A stretch of DNA of 63,393 nucleotides, counting the filler, from Rhabdomonas costata (Eukaryota), in the NCBI GenBank assembly GCA_019059605.1. It is 50 parts of 50 records of this genome, joined end to end, with 100 filler letters (N's around TTAATTAATTAA, not from the genome) between each part and the next. Parts side by side here need not be neighbours in the genome. Positions count along the whole stretch, not along the records: positions 60,955 to 62,124 come from JAHMHO010025236.1; positions 62,225 to 63,393 come from JAHMHO010025237.1; 48 more parts are not named here. The stretch is one strand, 5' to 3'. Below, piece after piece: positions 60,955-63,393 of the stretch. The position numbers and the translations under genes are program-made. The first letter of the stretch is position 1. Every line of letters begins with the position of its first letter. The notes under the pieces were generated by a model. It was given only the letters and a program-made list of their open reading frames with translations. It was not told where the DNA came from and made no database searches.

Positions 60955-62124
60955 AAGTCACCTCAACCGTTACATGAAGGGAAGTTGAGTGAGATGCAGA
61001 GGCTGATGCAGAGGATGCACAGACTGATGCTGACATGTCCGAACCATGCGTAGTAGTAACATCACGTATTGGCAAAGCAGGCGAGGAACGAACGCAGTGA
61101 GTGACGAAGCGACCATGAAACAGGATGAACGTGAGTACGAACGAAGTGAGAACGAATGTGATGACATACACGGTGAGTGTATCTGGGTTTGTGCGTCGGA
61201 TGGTGACTTGGTGAGGGTTCGTGCGTAGTGCTTGGTGTGTGCTTTCCCATTTTTCTAGTTGTGTGGGCTTCCTGGTGATCATGAGCTTCTTTGGGTATGG
61301 TGTCTTTCGTCGATCGGAGTGGAGGTGATTGGATAGGAGACCTAGGGGACTGTGTGACCATGCAATAGACGCTACCCGCAACAGCTACGACCTAGGGAAC
61401 GACACCAACACGAGTAAACACGACAAGCTGAGATCCCACGTAGGAAACAAGGAAATGAAATGTGGAGTACTACGTGGAAGGCCACTGGTAACGATGGAGC
61501 TAAGGCTGTGCTTGAACGCCACAGGTTGGTCAAGTGCAGTGCTGAGGTGATATCGCGTTGGCATGTGGCGAGTCATCCGCGTTCCTCACTGTTTGTCACA
61601 CGCTTATGACCCCATGCATCCAGAGACACTACATCAAAATGTACGTGTGGGTATGACCAACCTATGGTATTCTGCCATAGTAGTAGTTGTACACGTATGT
61701 GTGTTGAATGTAGGAGTAGCGTTGTATAGTAGAGGCGTAGGAGTTACATCCAACCTTCCACCTGTAGCGATATTCTATGGTTGTCGTGGCAGTGTTGGTG
61801 CTGGAGTAGTGCCGCTACCAACCAGTGACGTGGTATGAGTATAACCACCCTGTCAATCCACCCACTGTGTTGCTGCTGGTACGATGCTAGTGCTTATGCT
61901 GTTACTCCATGTGTTTGTGGTCAAGGCTGCTACTCCAACCCTCCTCCAATGCAATGTTGGTTGTGGTGGTGGTAGCGTTGGGTGTCAGAGGCTAGGCAAG
62001 TCACCTCAACCGTTACATGAAGGGACGTTGAGGGAGATGAAGAGGCTGATGCAGAGGATGCACAGACTGATGCTGACATGTCCGAACCATGCGTAGTAGT
62101 AACATCACGTATTGGCAAAGCAGG
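60955..62124. repeat. Contig with 127-bp terminal direct repeat (60955-61081 and 61998-62124, 3 mismatches); 1043-bp circular or tandem unit
   Basis: Direct comparison of the two contig ends. Confidence 0.92.
60957..61844 (+). CDS. Hypothetical ORF open only under UGA=Trp (genetic code 4); first ATG at 61035 gives 269 aa
   Basis: 295 codons without TAA or TAG before TAA at 61842-61844; eight in-frame TGA (60975, 60990, 61098, 61116, 61212, 61326, 61548, 61836). Confidence 0.4.
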
Positions 62125-62226
62125 NNNNNNNNNNNNNNNNNNNNNNNNNNNNNNNNNNNNNNNNNNNNTTAATTAATTAANNNNNNNNNNNNNNNNNNNN
62201 NNNNNNNNNNNNNNNNNNNNNNNNGG

Positions 62227-62403
62227 GTGTGTGTGATAAAGCGGGACCTCCACAAGGGGTTCCTGGTACAGCAGTACTTCGGGGTCTCCGTGGCTTCCGG
62301 GCACGACGCCCTACTGATGATTGCCCTCTCTCTGATGTGCAGCTGCATGAAGAGCGAGCGCAAGCTGCTTGCCGCGGTCGCCCTCGCAGGGGCGATCATA
62401 TGA
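62227..62403 (+). CDS. C-terminus of a LURP-one/Tubby-C2 (scramblase-fold) like protein
   Basis: VIKRDLHKGFLVQQYFGVSVASGHDALLMIALSL...stop resembles the LURP1 tail (y.v.V.pGvD.alii.al). Confidence 0.5.
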   Translation: MCVIKRDLHKGFLVQQYFGVSVASGHDALLMIALSLMCSCMKSERKLLAAVALAGAII

Positions 62404-63393
62404 CCCCATGCTGGCTGCACTGCAAGAAATGCCATTGTCCTCTTTTCACGTCATTTCAGTTCAATAATATTTTTGGAGACACCTCTCTAGTTTCTCGTTT
62501 CTCCTGTGTCCGCTGATACGGTCGCGTTTGGGTCTGCGTTTGGAGGCTTTGTCCTTCGGGGAACTGTGTCGGAACCATTATAAGCCCTTTCCCTCTCGTT
62601 ATCTATGCATGGTCCCAAGTCTGTTTTTTTAACTGCGAAGTCCCACGCGTTGCGTGGTTTCCTGCAGTGTCATTTCCGGACTGTGGAGGGAGAGTGCGTG
62701 AACCTCTTCTTGCGCCCCCTCCCCCTCCCCAGCGTCGTCTTGATATCATTCATTCATACTGTGTTGACTGTGGATATTTTAGGGGGGACGGTGTTCCTCT
62801 ATTTTCTTTGCCAACTACGTGAAGAACCCCATAATCTCTTTATTCTGTTGTATTTTTTTCTCTCATGTTTGTCCTTCTTCTGTTCTTCGTTTTTTTTTGG
62901 TAACTTTGGAGCTGGCGCGGTTGAAACTTGGGACTTGAGCTCCCGTTCCAAATTTCTCTTCATAGTTTTGAGCGCTCTGTTGCCTCCAGTAGAATATGTA
63001 GAATCCGTTTGAAGGGTCCTGCAATCGTCACACGCAGTGCGTAAGCACAGACGGAAAGGGCAACCACGAAATGATCGCTCGCAACTGAAGTGACGTAGCC
63101 TGTGGGATGCACACATGTTACCCCATGGCCCATGTCTAAGCATGCCTAACTTTAGCTTTCTAATGATTACGTTCCAGTCCACAAGCAGCGACTCATTGTG
63201 GATTTCATATCCTCTCTTCCACTACTGCAGGGCAGTCCTTAACTTTAATTTCTTAAGGGGGTTGTTTTGCTGCATCGAGCTTGCACCAAGCCCTGACCCC
63301 CCGAGGGGACCCCACATAAGCAGGGTGGGAGTGCGGCACTGAATTCGGTTGCTTTGGATTACCAGCGCAACGGAATTCAGTGCCCCACCCACA

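Noticed and set aside
60955-61997. Obelisk or viroid-like ~1-kb circular RNA
   Set aside because: I see no extended rod-like self-complementarity, the strand is G-rich relative to C, and the dataset is intron-containing genomic DNA; an RNA folding run would settle it

Overview
This window is not contiguous DNA. It is 50 unrelated ~1.17-kb contigs joined by 49 artificial 100-bp linkers (N-run, TTAATTAATTAA, N-run), so adjacency between contigs means nothing. Most contigs are nuclear DNA of an intron-rich eukaryote using the standard code and GT-AG introns. Many donors look like GTnYG, which suggests a euglenozoan or euglenid-like protist (inference). Recognisable exon fragments encode organellar-type EF-Tu, Spt6, an RNA polymerase largest subunit (RPA1-like), a katanin-like AAA ATPase, a dual-specificity phosphatase, RCC1-, WD40-, ankyrin-, EF-hand-, PB1- and 14-3-3-like proteins, an MFS transporter and a NACHT NTPase. 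There are two decayed Ty3/Gypsy pieces and one AT-rich, intronless Polinton/Maverick-type protein-primed DNA polymerase B. G/T-only contig starts, A/C-only contig ends and terminal fold-backs point to whole-genome amplification. The most unusual item is a ~1043-bp circular or tandem unit (60955-62124) with a ~295-codon frame that is open only if UGA is read as Trp. A compositionally similar contig (1-1170) shows a weaker version of the same signal. Both are candidate mitochondrial minichromosomes or plasmids. All homology calls were made by eye from motifs; no searches were run.
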